A stretch of 64,000 nucleotides of DNA from Microthyrium microscopicum (Eukaryota), in contig MU004233.1 of the NCBI GenBank assembly GCA_010405405.1, positions 2,272,539 to 2,336,538 of the forward strand, read 5' to 3'. The notes beneath the pieces were generated by a model. The model saw only the letters and a list, made by a program, of their open reading frames with translations, was not told the origin of the DNA and ran no database searches. The translations under genes were made by a program, and so were the position numbers. The first letter of the stretch is position 1. Each line of letters starts with the position of its first letter. Of the stretch, positions 54,049 to 64,000 are shown one piece after another.

Positions 54049-55617
54049 TGCAGCCCCTGCGCCGTGAGTTAGGACACCGGCGTGGGAGTAACCCAAGAGG
54101 CTCAGCAATCGCTACTTTTGGAGACCCCCCGCCAACCTCGCCAGATCCTTGGATGTTTATGCGCCAGCTTCCGAGCAATTTAAAGTTCTGCGATCGATGT
54201 TGTGGCATCTCGATGTCAGTGTTCTAGAACTGCATACTCTTAGTACGCAACATGAACAATCTCGATGTCAACCTTTCTAAACCCGAGTACCGCGATAACT
54301 CGGCATTTTCCTCAACCATACAGGGCTTAGCTCTGCCAATTTTCCCACGGACAGTGGAATAAGATAGGGAACGAACCCACGCACTATTTTCACTGAACAT
54401 TGAGTAGTACACCGTGCTAGCTGTGCCCTGCAGGCGGTTGTGAGTGCAAAAACCATCAAGTCCCTCGGCAAAACCAAAAAAGATCAGCGCTTAAGCTGCC
54501 GTTCTGATCCTAAATCCAGGTTCGCTGTCGCAACTACAAGCGTCGAGATCTAGAATTCTGCTTTGCATCGAACTGCATCCCAGCCGCGTTGCGAAATTGA
54601 TCGGCACTGCTTTCCCCAACTACACTTCTCAGAGTCGCAAAATCAACGTCTTTCCCTGCGCATAGAGGTGAAACCCTGAATGCACAAACGCTTAGAGGTT
54701 GGCGTTGGGCTCACGGGGTCGTGGACGAGATTTGGCGTGGTGCGCAAAAGATATGCAAGTCGGACTTGTGGTTGGTTAGCGGTGAGTGACCAATGGGTTC
54801 GCTGCGCTCTGGTCTTCACGATGACTGCGCCCCAGGCCGATGGTGATAGAATGTCATCTTCCGTCTGGTCCGTAGTTGAAAAAGAAAAAGGGGTTACGAG
54901 TCCTTAGTTGAGGTGGAGATCACCGTTTGTAGATATCGTAACTCGTATACGGCATCGATCTCATTCGATGAGAAATGTAAGGCGGAGAATAGCATCATGT
55001 TATGATGACGAGATATGTGCGATTTATGTAAAGCAAGAATTTAGGAATTGGCATGCTGAAATGGTGAAGCGGCAAAGTGGTTAGGCGATTGTATGCCGCA
55101 AAAGCGGCAAGATAAAAGGGTCAAATAAGATGTACCAAATGGTTGAAACTGGGCAGCCAAGCATCGAGTTAACCAGAAAGCTGGGACTCAATGGAGCAAT
55201 CTAGTTCCTCACGATCTCGATGACAGTCCCGCTCTGGTAAGGTAGGAGAGTTTAAATATCCTGTGCCCAAAAGCTATCAAGGGTCCCAAAAAAATTGATT
55301 GCTTGGGCATAAATTTAGATTGGATCCCGCGAATTCTCGGTGGTTACTGTTGTTTCTGACCCAAATCTTACTGCCTGAAACCGACTCGTCCACCCAGTCG
55401 TCATCCTGCAGCACTCGAGTTTGTTGCGCCTCATTCCAAGGCACCTTGCATACTGGGGTGACGGAAGTCAACGGCCCCTGGTTTCTTTTAGGCCTATCTA
55501 CATATATGTATAACGCTTCTGCCTCCTCACTAAACTTTTTAAACCTCTTCAACTCCAACTCCAACCCGGACCTAAACTTTCACAAGTAATGATCCAACGA
55601 TAACACCAATCTACACA

Positions 55618-55785
55618 ATGTGCAACCAAAAGACATACACAGACCCTTGCGTCAACTCAGACATGGCCGACGTACGATGTTCACGATGCCAACTTTCGGT
55701 CACCGAAGTAGCAAGCATGATATGCTACGCTATCAACTCCTACTATTGCGGACGATGTGCAAGCCTCGTAGGATACGATGGCTGA
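55618..55785 (+). CDS. Small 55-aa Cys-rich protein, possibly zinc-binding (below ORF-track cutoff)
   Basis: CACAATG start, upstream TATA-like TATGTATAA and C/A-rich leader; MCNQKTYTDPCVNSDMADVRCSRCQLSVTEVASMICYAINSYYCGRCASLVGYDG*. Confidence 0.5.
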   Translation: MCNQKTYTDPCVNSDMADVRCSRCQLSVTEVASMICYAINSYYCGRCASLVGYDG

Positions 55786-56524
55786 AAACGATTCACCAGC
55801 AATTCAATTCATACGACTCGATGATCACAATAAAAGTGACAACCATATGAATTTTGAACAATTTTCTCTACACAGAGACACACACAAAACTGCATCAAAA
55901 TCATTTCAGATTTGCCGCATCACGCCAAATACCGGAATCGAAACAACATGGACGATTTTCGATAAGACGAGGATTTGATCAACATTTCCCCATGTCAAAG
56001 AGGCGACCACCAGTATCCATAACCTCGTCACTTTTCAAACCTCGAAACCCAACATGGGATTCTTGCGAATTTCCAGGGTCACTCCAGGAGTCCAGACATT
56101 TCGACTGAATGAGTCCAGACCAGTTGACCAATAACGCCAATCTTCAAGCCCAAACGAAAGGGACAAAGTGGTGCAAGCGATCTCGATCTCTGGACGTTGG
56201 CCCGCCGATCATGACGTCACGAAGAAATCCGTTCGGATTTTTTGATATGGGTATGGGATTCAATTATCGCCCAAAGAGCCCTTCTGCCCTTGCTATTGGC
56301 ATATCTTTGTCTACGTCAGGTTGATATTATCCCTGACGGAAAAGGAATAACAGATTGGTTTCGGAGCGCTCTTGAGAACATCGAATGAGGAGGACAATTT
56401 TGAGGGGAAGGGGAGATTGTAATTTTATACCACTGTACTTTTATCATATCACTTTGAACACTTTTCAATGAATGCCGAAAAGGCTAAATCATTTACATCA
56501 TCTCACATCTCTTGAATTTTTCTA

Positions 56525-57159
56525 TCATTTCTTACAATCCTCGCATTCTGTGCCAGACTGCGTTGAAGTCGACCCAGATATCTGCGCACCAACACTCGTA
56601 TTCACGGCACTTTCTTCAACAGCAGCCGACGACGACGCAGACTTGGCCGGCGGCATTGCATTCGTATTTTTACCATGTACATCCGAATGTCCAAGATTTT
56701 TTGACGGATCAATATGGTCCCTGACGCGTTGCTTGAGGACTTTTGTCTCTGGAAATCCACCTTCTGACTTTCTATCCCACAGCAATACCGTCTGCTGCGT
56801 GACATCTGATGACGACAAAGTTGGGGCTGCGTACGTCTGCGCGTAATGTGTTACATCAGATCATCAAGGAATTAGGCGAGGGTAGCCAAAATCTCGAATT
56901 TTGAAGTGGACTGTGGTGAACTTACCAGATGGACGGTAAATATGCCGCCGGTGGTTGGGATTAATGCGATTTCACCGATTGATGTTCCGAACGTGCTAAG
57001 GAGCTCTTGGCCGAACTACATTTATGAGCATGTCAAGCTTGAGTAGGTGGTGATATGGTGGGAGCTTACGTATGCGGCTCTTAGCATCCAGCGACATTGT
57101 GTGCAGTATTCTATTGCGACTCTGGGTAGTTTTACAGATTGTGAGATCGCAGGATCCAT
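56525..57159 (-). CDS. Rdx family (SelW/SelT/SelH-like) thioredoxin-fold protein, Cys-containing homolog
   Basis: PRVAIEYCTQCRWMLRAAY|FGQELLSTF...IALIPTTGGIFTV|...LLWDRKSEGGFPETKVLKQRVRDHIDP..NLGHSD. Two introns. Confidence 0.92.
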
Positions 57160-59149
57160 TTCTTGACTGCACACGATATTTCGAACTTGTCAATTGACTG
57201 AAAGATACCCAACATTTGAAATGTTGAAGATATATTTGATGCGGGGCAATGGTCCCAGTATGCTTCCGAGACATGTCCAAACTATCACCAATTCGGCATG
57301 CCGGGAGATATCGATCGGGTGCTAGATACCAGTACAGAGGTATCACATATGGAACTATTCCGTTCGTAAGGAGGAGCAGTTTGTGGTTCTAGACCTCAAA
57401 TATTACTGCGGGTATGTCTCATCGCGACCCATCAAATTCATTGATACCGTGCTGGCGCGCCTTGGCTGTACTAGCAGATATCAAATTAACTTCCGCGGCT
57501 CAGGCGTCAAGTGGTTCCGTTGAATACGGTATCCAAAGTTCCAAACCCTACCGTGCCGTGCGACCCTAGGAATATCCGTGGTTCCGCATTGGTAAGACCC
57601 TGTCTAAGAATGGTTTCTTGAGGTCTCAAGGCCTGTATCATACACAGAGGCAGGCTTATGAGTGCAGAAATAGAAGTCCATATGCCTTCTTCTCTGGGGA
57701 ACATCACAAAGGTCATCTTCTACCTCGACTGGGTCAGTGCTTGGAGACATTTTCTGCGAGACTGCGACCTGCCAGATTTGATCATGCGCATAGACAAAAT
57801 GGTGTCACCCGTCTCCACACTGAATGTCAAATCAGCGTTCTCGAAGGACGGGGGCTGGTGCGTCAATACAGAAAAAGCATCCCACGCTGCATTTCAATCC
57901 TGGTCGCTCGTCTCAACAGCCTGGACCCCAAATGCTTCACCTTTACGGAGTTCAAGCTGTGGACAAGGCGATCTTACAGGCAGTAGCTCAAAGTATGGGC
58001 TGGTGTTGAAGAGATGTGATGGTTACAGATGACCTGATATATGGTACTGGATCCTGAACCACTCGAGTACCTAGCGACCTGGAAAGACGCGAGAATGCGG
58101 AGGCCGCATTTCAGCCACACCAGAAAGTAATAAAAACCCCCACATGTACACTTTGAGATGTCTTTTCAGGCCTCTTTTGAGAGCACGCAAGGATGGAGGT
58201 GGGTATTGAGCAAGCCCTGCGTAGTTTGGCACTCTCTAGAAGGTGATGAACTGCTGTTAATGGGGAGGGTTAGCTGCTCAAATCCTGCTACCTCGGAGTT
58301 TTCTGGTATGTTTGATCACTTCCTAAAGAAGTTAACCTGCCAAAAAGCTGCTTCTAGGCCTTGAGCTTAGCTTAAGGCCTTGGAGCAGCATTTGAGCAGA
58401 CTTTTAGCCTTGGGAAGGGCGTTTTCTAGCCTTTTATGGACTAGCATGAACTATCTCTCTTGGCCTTTAATCACGATTGGCTTATATCTTTTGGCTAGCT
58501 TAGCTTGACTTCGTTCTAAAAAAGATTGAGGCTTACGCTAAGCTAATAAGGCTTGAGCTAAGGCCTAATATAGTTTAGTTTCTGGCTTCGGATACCGTTT
58601 TCAAAAGCTGCCCAAAGTTCAAAAATGTTCGGAAGATGTTTGCTAACGCTCCCCAATGTCCCTAGAATGCCCGCAAGTCCAACGAAGGAATCAAACTAAT
58701 GTAGACTGTCTATCCGAATCCACCCCGTTTAATGCATCTCTGCACCATCAACCAAGCAGACGGCGCTCTTGACTTCTTTTCTGTAACTTCGAGGCACAAG
58801 CTACCCACTCTATGACCTGCACAATTGCTTCTGGCTGTCACCTCTTCAGTACATTTTCCCCAGTGGCGCAAAGTAGTGTGCGCCTCTCTGCGTTTCTTTC
58901 TGCAGATTGAAGTTGAACCCTCGCGCTGCGCTCAAAGCGGGACTTGGGAACTGCGGATAATTTGGATAATTTACTTTGTGGTTAGCGGCTGATAATTGGC
59001 TCTCTCACTCTTCCTGCCGCTACCGGGGCTTCTTTCCACGCCAGTCTTCTCCACCCTCACCACCAAATCTCTGCAAACTCTCTATACATCGCCATGAGCG
59101 TCTAATCTCTCATCTTCCGCTCCTTATCTGAGCGGCTCATCATCTCAAT

Positions 59150-61269
59150 ATGGCCACTCTTGGACACGACCCCGATTTCAGCACCTTTCTCTCCGAGTTA
59201 GACCTGGATCTGGCCAGCTTCCCCGATGGACTCAATGTCGATGGCCAACAACAGCATCCAGGCCAGCAGGCCATGGCCCAAGCCCAGCTACATCAGAACT
59301 TGGGCGCCAACATGATCGAGACATCTAATGGCCTCGCACAAAATAGTTCCATATTCGAATTTTCGATGCCTATGGATGTGCAATTTCCTCTATCGCAGAA
59401 TGGACACCACCAAATGCCAGGCCAAGGTCCTATTCCACCAACGCCTAACAGTGTTGAGATGCATGGTGAAAATCAACGCTTCCTCCAACAGCAATACGAA
59501 GCCCATCGCATGATGATGGAACACTATCAAATGAAGAAGAACGAAGCCGCGGGGTTTACGCCTTATCTCTCACCTGTGATTCCAGAGCACGACAGTGGTT
59601 ATGATATGCACGCGGGGTATATTGCACCAGGTGCCTATTCATTTAGCCCGCTCACTTCACCTGCTCTTGAAGGTCAAAATGCATATCATACAAATAATTC
59701 CGATACGTCTATCGCGACGTCTTCTCCCAAAGAATTGGATGTGGATATGCAAGAGTCTCCACATTTGCAGCCAGTTCCTGTAACACGGTCGAGAAAACGG
59801 GCAGCTGCACCGCGCTCTACAAAAACCAGATCACCAATTACTAAACCTCAGACTAAACGCAAATCCGGTCTCAATGTATCAATGTCGCAGACGGAGATTG
59901 CATCGCAGCAGGTTTGGGCTCCATCCCCCAATTTTCCACTTGCTCAACAGATTCCCAATGATTCTGTTTCGCCAGAGCCATTATCAGAACCTTCCATGGG
60001 ACCACCACTAAAGCCGGCATCTGCAACGCAATCGCCTGCTATTGTGGCCAATGGACCACGAGGGTCAGGACAAAGTCCCATTCCTGCAACACCTGCTTCC
60101 TATCTTCAAATTCAACGATCTCTAAGTTCTCCAAGGAGTGATCCCCAGCAGGCTCGAGGAACTAGCGCCGAAGGCAGGCAACCAGTTTTAACACCTCTAT
60201 CACTCCCTGAAGCAGCTGCGACACCTTTGCGACTTGACATGGATAGTCCAGATATTGGCTCTCGGAAGACACCCAAACTCGGACCAATGAGCACACCATC
60301 TGGGCCGGTTACTCCTGGTGCAAATGGTCCACTTACCGCATCAAACTCTGCACTCAACTCTCCTATAAGCTCTGGCTTTTCGAAGAAAGCTGATGGGAAA
60401 GGTCGAGCTCCCAAAAAAGCCCGGGGAAGCATATCCAGCGGCCCTCAAGCTAGTCCTGCCATCAGACCTAAAATCTCACCGAGCATAAAACCTTTGCTCC
60501 CAGAAGGAGGTAAGTCTAAGCCAACTCTAGTATGCCTTGCTTGACTATCCGGTCATATCTTGTGATATCTTGTGATATTGCCAGTTTGTCTGTGCACTTT
60601 ATGACCGTAATTTTGTAACTTTCCTTTTGTGGAGGCACTTCTAAGCGATAATGCTTTTTGAATCGCATCTGATCCCTCATCCGAAACACGAAAGCCATGC
60701 TAACCACCACTGTTTCTGCAGCGCCACACGGTGACGAAGCTCATACAATATTCTTGGCGAGTCGCTCCAATTACCAGAATCTTATCGAAGGCACCCATGT
60801 GCCTGGCGTCTCATATCCAACTGAGCTCTCCACCAACCTCACTTCAAAACGCACCTCGCACAAGATAGCCGAACAGGGCAGACGCAACCGCATCAATCTC
60901 GCGCTTCAAGAAATGCAAACCCTCTTACCAAAAGGCACCGGCGCCGCCGCCGAAAGCATGTCTCCTGGACCCGAAGAAGACATCGCTGCAAGTAGTAGCG
61001 GCAAAAAGGGCGGATCAGGCGGCGAATCCAGCAAGGCCAATGGCAACTCGAAAGCAGCCACTGTGGAAAGCGCCATCGACTACATCCGCACCTTGAAAGA
61101 AGAACAGGAGCAGATGCGCACCGCAGCGGCGCAGAAAGAAAAGGAGGTGGACACCTTGCGTCTGAAGTTGTTGGAGATGGAGCGCCTATGTCGCGAAAAG
61201 GGCGTGACGCTTGCCAAAGTGCCCGAGGAAGAAGAACCGAGCATACCGGCCTCCAAAGCACACAAATAG
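59150..61269 (+). CDS. nuc-1: Phosphate-acquisition bHLH transcription factor (NUC-1/PalcA/Pho4-like)
   Basis: PPTPNSVEMH, FSPLTSPAL, PKISPSIKPLLP, ASRSNYQNLIEG and TSKRTSHKIAEQGRRNRIN...SKAATVESAIDYIR, plus zipper. Intron 60510-60721. Confidence 0.9.
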
Positions 61270-62563
61270 ACACGCCTTTCGAGACCGTCCTTTATATAAG
61301 GCCAACCATCATACGTTGAGGCCCCATAGCACACGGCCTCATTATTCTCATGGCAACCGTTCACGTGATTCACCACGACCGAACTGTACGGCTCTACTTA
61401 CGACAAAATGGGTTCTAGGACCTCAATGGACGAAACGACGAACGAACAGACGGCTCCATGAAGATCACAGCACCCCTTTGCACCATCGAAATACAACTCC
61501 TACCAGAAAAGCCTTTCCAACCTATCTTAATATTTCCTTACGAGACCTCCTCATATACCCCCGATATTACCGTCCCTATTCCCGTCGCGGGCTGTTTCTC
61601 CCCTTTTTCGAAAATCGGCGCCGTCAAGTGCTGACGTTGCGCGCGAAACAAATCTATACCATTAAACCCAATATCTTTATCCATGTTTGACGTAATGCTG
61701 AGGTGTCTATGGCTGTTTCCCAATTTTGTTTCTTTATTGCATGCAGGAAGGAAGGATATGATTTTGGGTGGCTTCTTTGTCGGAAATTTAACTTGGGATA
61801 TCCAATTGCTGCGTCATTGTAGGTTTTCGGGTTAAGTTACTACTGCATGTCCAAGAAGGACACAATTCATAATGAGACGAGGAGAAGATATCATACTGCA
61901 GTTAGTAGTCATACACTGACGATACCGAGTGCATGTATACAAACATTGCCACTCAGTATCAAGAAAAATAAGCATTTCTCTCCACGAACACAGAGATTGT
62001 CTCACGCGTGACATCAGCGAATCAATATCACAGATGAAGGCAAGGTTACGACATATATATGCAGTGATTTCCACATTGAGCGCTATATCGAACTATTGTA
62101 ACATTAAAAGAACGCCCAGCCAGCTTTTTTCCCTTCCATGCTGTTAGCTGGGCACGAACAATGGTATCTTAGTAAAAAAACATATCCATACATGACAGGA
62201 CCCCGAAAACTCCGAACAAAGGTCCCTTGAACAACCTGGGTATGACAGAGCAATAACGCCAGGTTTGGAAAGAAAACGCCAGTGCATTGAATAAAACAGT
62301 GCAACAGGAAGCAAATAACCCGTAAACTCCACTCCTAGTGGTATTTCTCCTTGCTTTGAGACCAGGACACCGAATTGGTACGAACAATTCAACCATTGAC
62401 CCGGATTTTTCGTGAAACGGACATAATCATATAAGCGCCATTAAAAAGACATACATTGTGTACCATGCGGGTACACGTTACGCGGCATTTTTGTCGAACA
62501 ATAAAAAGGACAGGTTCCGCCAGGGCACAAGAGTCTGGAAATGAGCATAAGGGAACAATGTTT

Positions 62564-64000
62564 TTAGCAAAACATGTGCCAAATACGCTTCCATCGAGGC
62601 CAGGACTGGCGTTCGCGCTCTTCCTCGGCAAGAAGCTCGGTGAGGTTGAGTTCACGGATTCCAGAATGGAGATCCATATTGTGAGTTCGCACGACTTTAG
62701 TCCGAAAGTATAGTTTGTGAGGGATGTAGAAGGCTAGCACGATAGGCAGAGCAAGGTAATCCTGAAACCAGTTCGATGTTCGTGCAGCAGCGGTCATCTG
62801 TTCCCAGCCAACGGGGGCAAAGCCAGTCCAAAACTGGGCAATGAGGACGAGAATGTTGAGGATGAGGCCGACCCAGCTTCCATAGACACCGCATTGGGAG
62901 CGGAAGGCAAGTTCACTGAGGGTATGGCCTTGAAGAAGCCAAGCTTTGCGGAAGCGAATGTGTGCAAGGCAAATGCTGCCCCAGGTGAAGACGGACGATA
63001 GACCGGACACGGCTATCATCCAGCGAAATACATCAGTCTGCTTAGAAGAGCCAGCTAGGAAGGCCAGGAATCCGAGAAGTGAGGCGAGCAAAATTCCGAC
63101 GAGCGGTCGTCCTTTGCGATCAATGTATCCTAGGATACGAGGGGCTTGCTTTTGTTCAGCAAGTGCTGCTAGAGTACGAGAAGATCCGTAAATAGAAGAG
63201 TTCCCGACTGATAGTACAGCAATCATGATGACTCCGTTCATGACGGAAGGCAATCCCTTAATGCCTGCGTTTTGAATGGCAATGACAAATGGAGAAGCCT
63301 TGGCATCCGCATCGTTGTCGCCATTAAGCAGACGTGGATCAGTGTATGGCACAAGCAGGCCGACCAGAGTTAGAGAGATGATGTAGAAAAGAGTAATACG
63401 CCAGAACACTTGCTTTGTAGCGCGAGGAAGTGACTTTCGAGGGTTGAGAGTCTCTGCGGCAGCAAGGCCGACGAGTTCCGTTCCAGCAAATGCGAACGCA
63501 GCGGTGACGAAAGTTGAGCAGAGTCCTTTGAAGCCATTGTTGAAGGCGCCTGGGTTGCGCCAGTATTTACCTCCAATGTAGGCACCACCTGGGCCTCCTC
63601 CAATGTCAAGAATGACACCAAGGATGATAAAGCCCACGACAGCGACGACTTTGATGATGGAAAAGACAAACTCAGCTTCACCATAACCTTTGACACCGAA
63701 CAAGTTGATGGTGAGAATAAGCACTAGGAAGATGGCAACCCAAGCGTCGTTGTTGATACTTCCATGATTCCAAAATTCGATGGTCAAGGTTGCAGCAACA
63801 ATTTCCAGAGGTAGTACAACAAGCCACTGCAGGGCGTAGCTGTCAAATGTCAGTGAATGCAAACTAGAATTACAAAATTGGATCATACTTCCAGCCCATT
63901 GCATATCCCCATGATGGACACAAGAATCGAGTGCTGTAGGCGGAGAAAGAACCAGCGACAGGGTAGAGAGTGGCTAATTCGCCCAATGCCTGAACAGTGC
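62564..64000 (-). CDS. Amino-acid permease (APC/YAT family, GAP1-like), 5' end outside window
   Basis: ALGELA, WGYAMGWNY, GVKGYGEAEF, FAFAGTELVGLAAAE, SPFVIAI, SVGNSSIYGSSRTL motifs; many TM helices. Intron near 63840-63887. Confidence 0.93.

Larger units (their letters stand above)
46024..54084. mobile_element. Non-autonomous inverted-repeat DNA element (~0.49 kb without the insert) hosting the Gypsy insertion
   Basis: Perfect 26-bp inverted repeat GGTGTCCTAACTCACGGCGCAGGGGC at 46031-46056 and 54053-54078. Ends CAC (46024) and GTG (54084); GGAG on both flanks. Confidence 0.65.

Noticed and set aside
54090..54900. Coding-like minus-strand sequence possibly continuing at 45600-46019 (gene disrupted by the insertion)
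   Set aside because: Rejoining the empty site gives no long open frame; many stops; no family recognised.
55001..55060. ATGATGA...CTGA possible C/D snoRNA
   Set aside because: Short, no clear terminal stem, no recognisable rRNA guide.
56525..57159. Selenocysteine recoding in the SelW-like gene
   Set aside because: The motif is CTQC with ordinary Cys codons; no in-frame TGA.
57658..58032. 124-aa ORF divergent from the Rdx gene
   Set aside because: No motif or splice support; cannot be distinguished from a chance ORF.

Overview
Eukaryotic, intron-rich filamentous-ascomycete (Pezizomycotina-type) DNA: short GT-AG introns with CTAAC/CTGAC branch points and RIP-mutated repeats. Recognisable genes: 3' part of a nitronate monooxygenase ending in a peroxisomal SKL, an M16 zinc metalloprotease, mitochondrial ribosomal protein L4, NOT2, NADP-glutamate dehydrogenase, an MFS transporter, ARL2 GTPase, a GH55 exo-beta-1,3-glucanase, ATP synthase delta, a SelW/Rdx-family CxxC protein, a NUC-1/Pho4-like bHLH factor and an amino-acid permease cut by the window edge. 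The left ~22 kb is accessory-like: hypothetical genes, a decayed ankyrin gene, a GPI-type secreted protein, a protein whose spliced N-terminus reads MARTK (histone H3-tail-like), and a large secreted SGNH-FN3 multidomain gene with two in-frame stops. The ORF-free AT-rich block at 46.0-54.1 kb is a full-length, RIP-destroyed Ty3/Gypsy element (162-bp LTRs, 5-bp TSD) nested inside a ~0.49-kb inverted-repeat DNA element with CAC...GTG ends and a 4-bp flanking duplication. No rRNA, tRNA or CRISPR was found. I found no clear novel multi-gene system. All exon models are manual and unverified.
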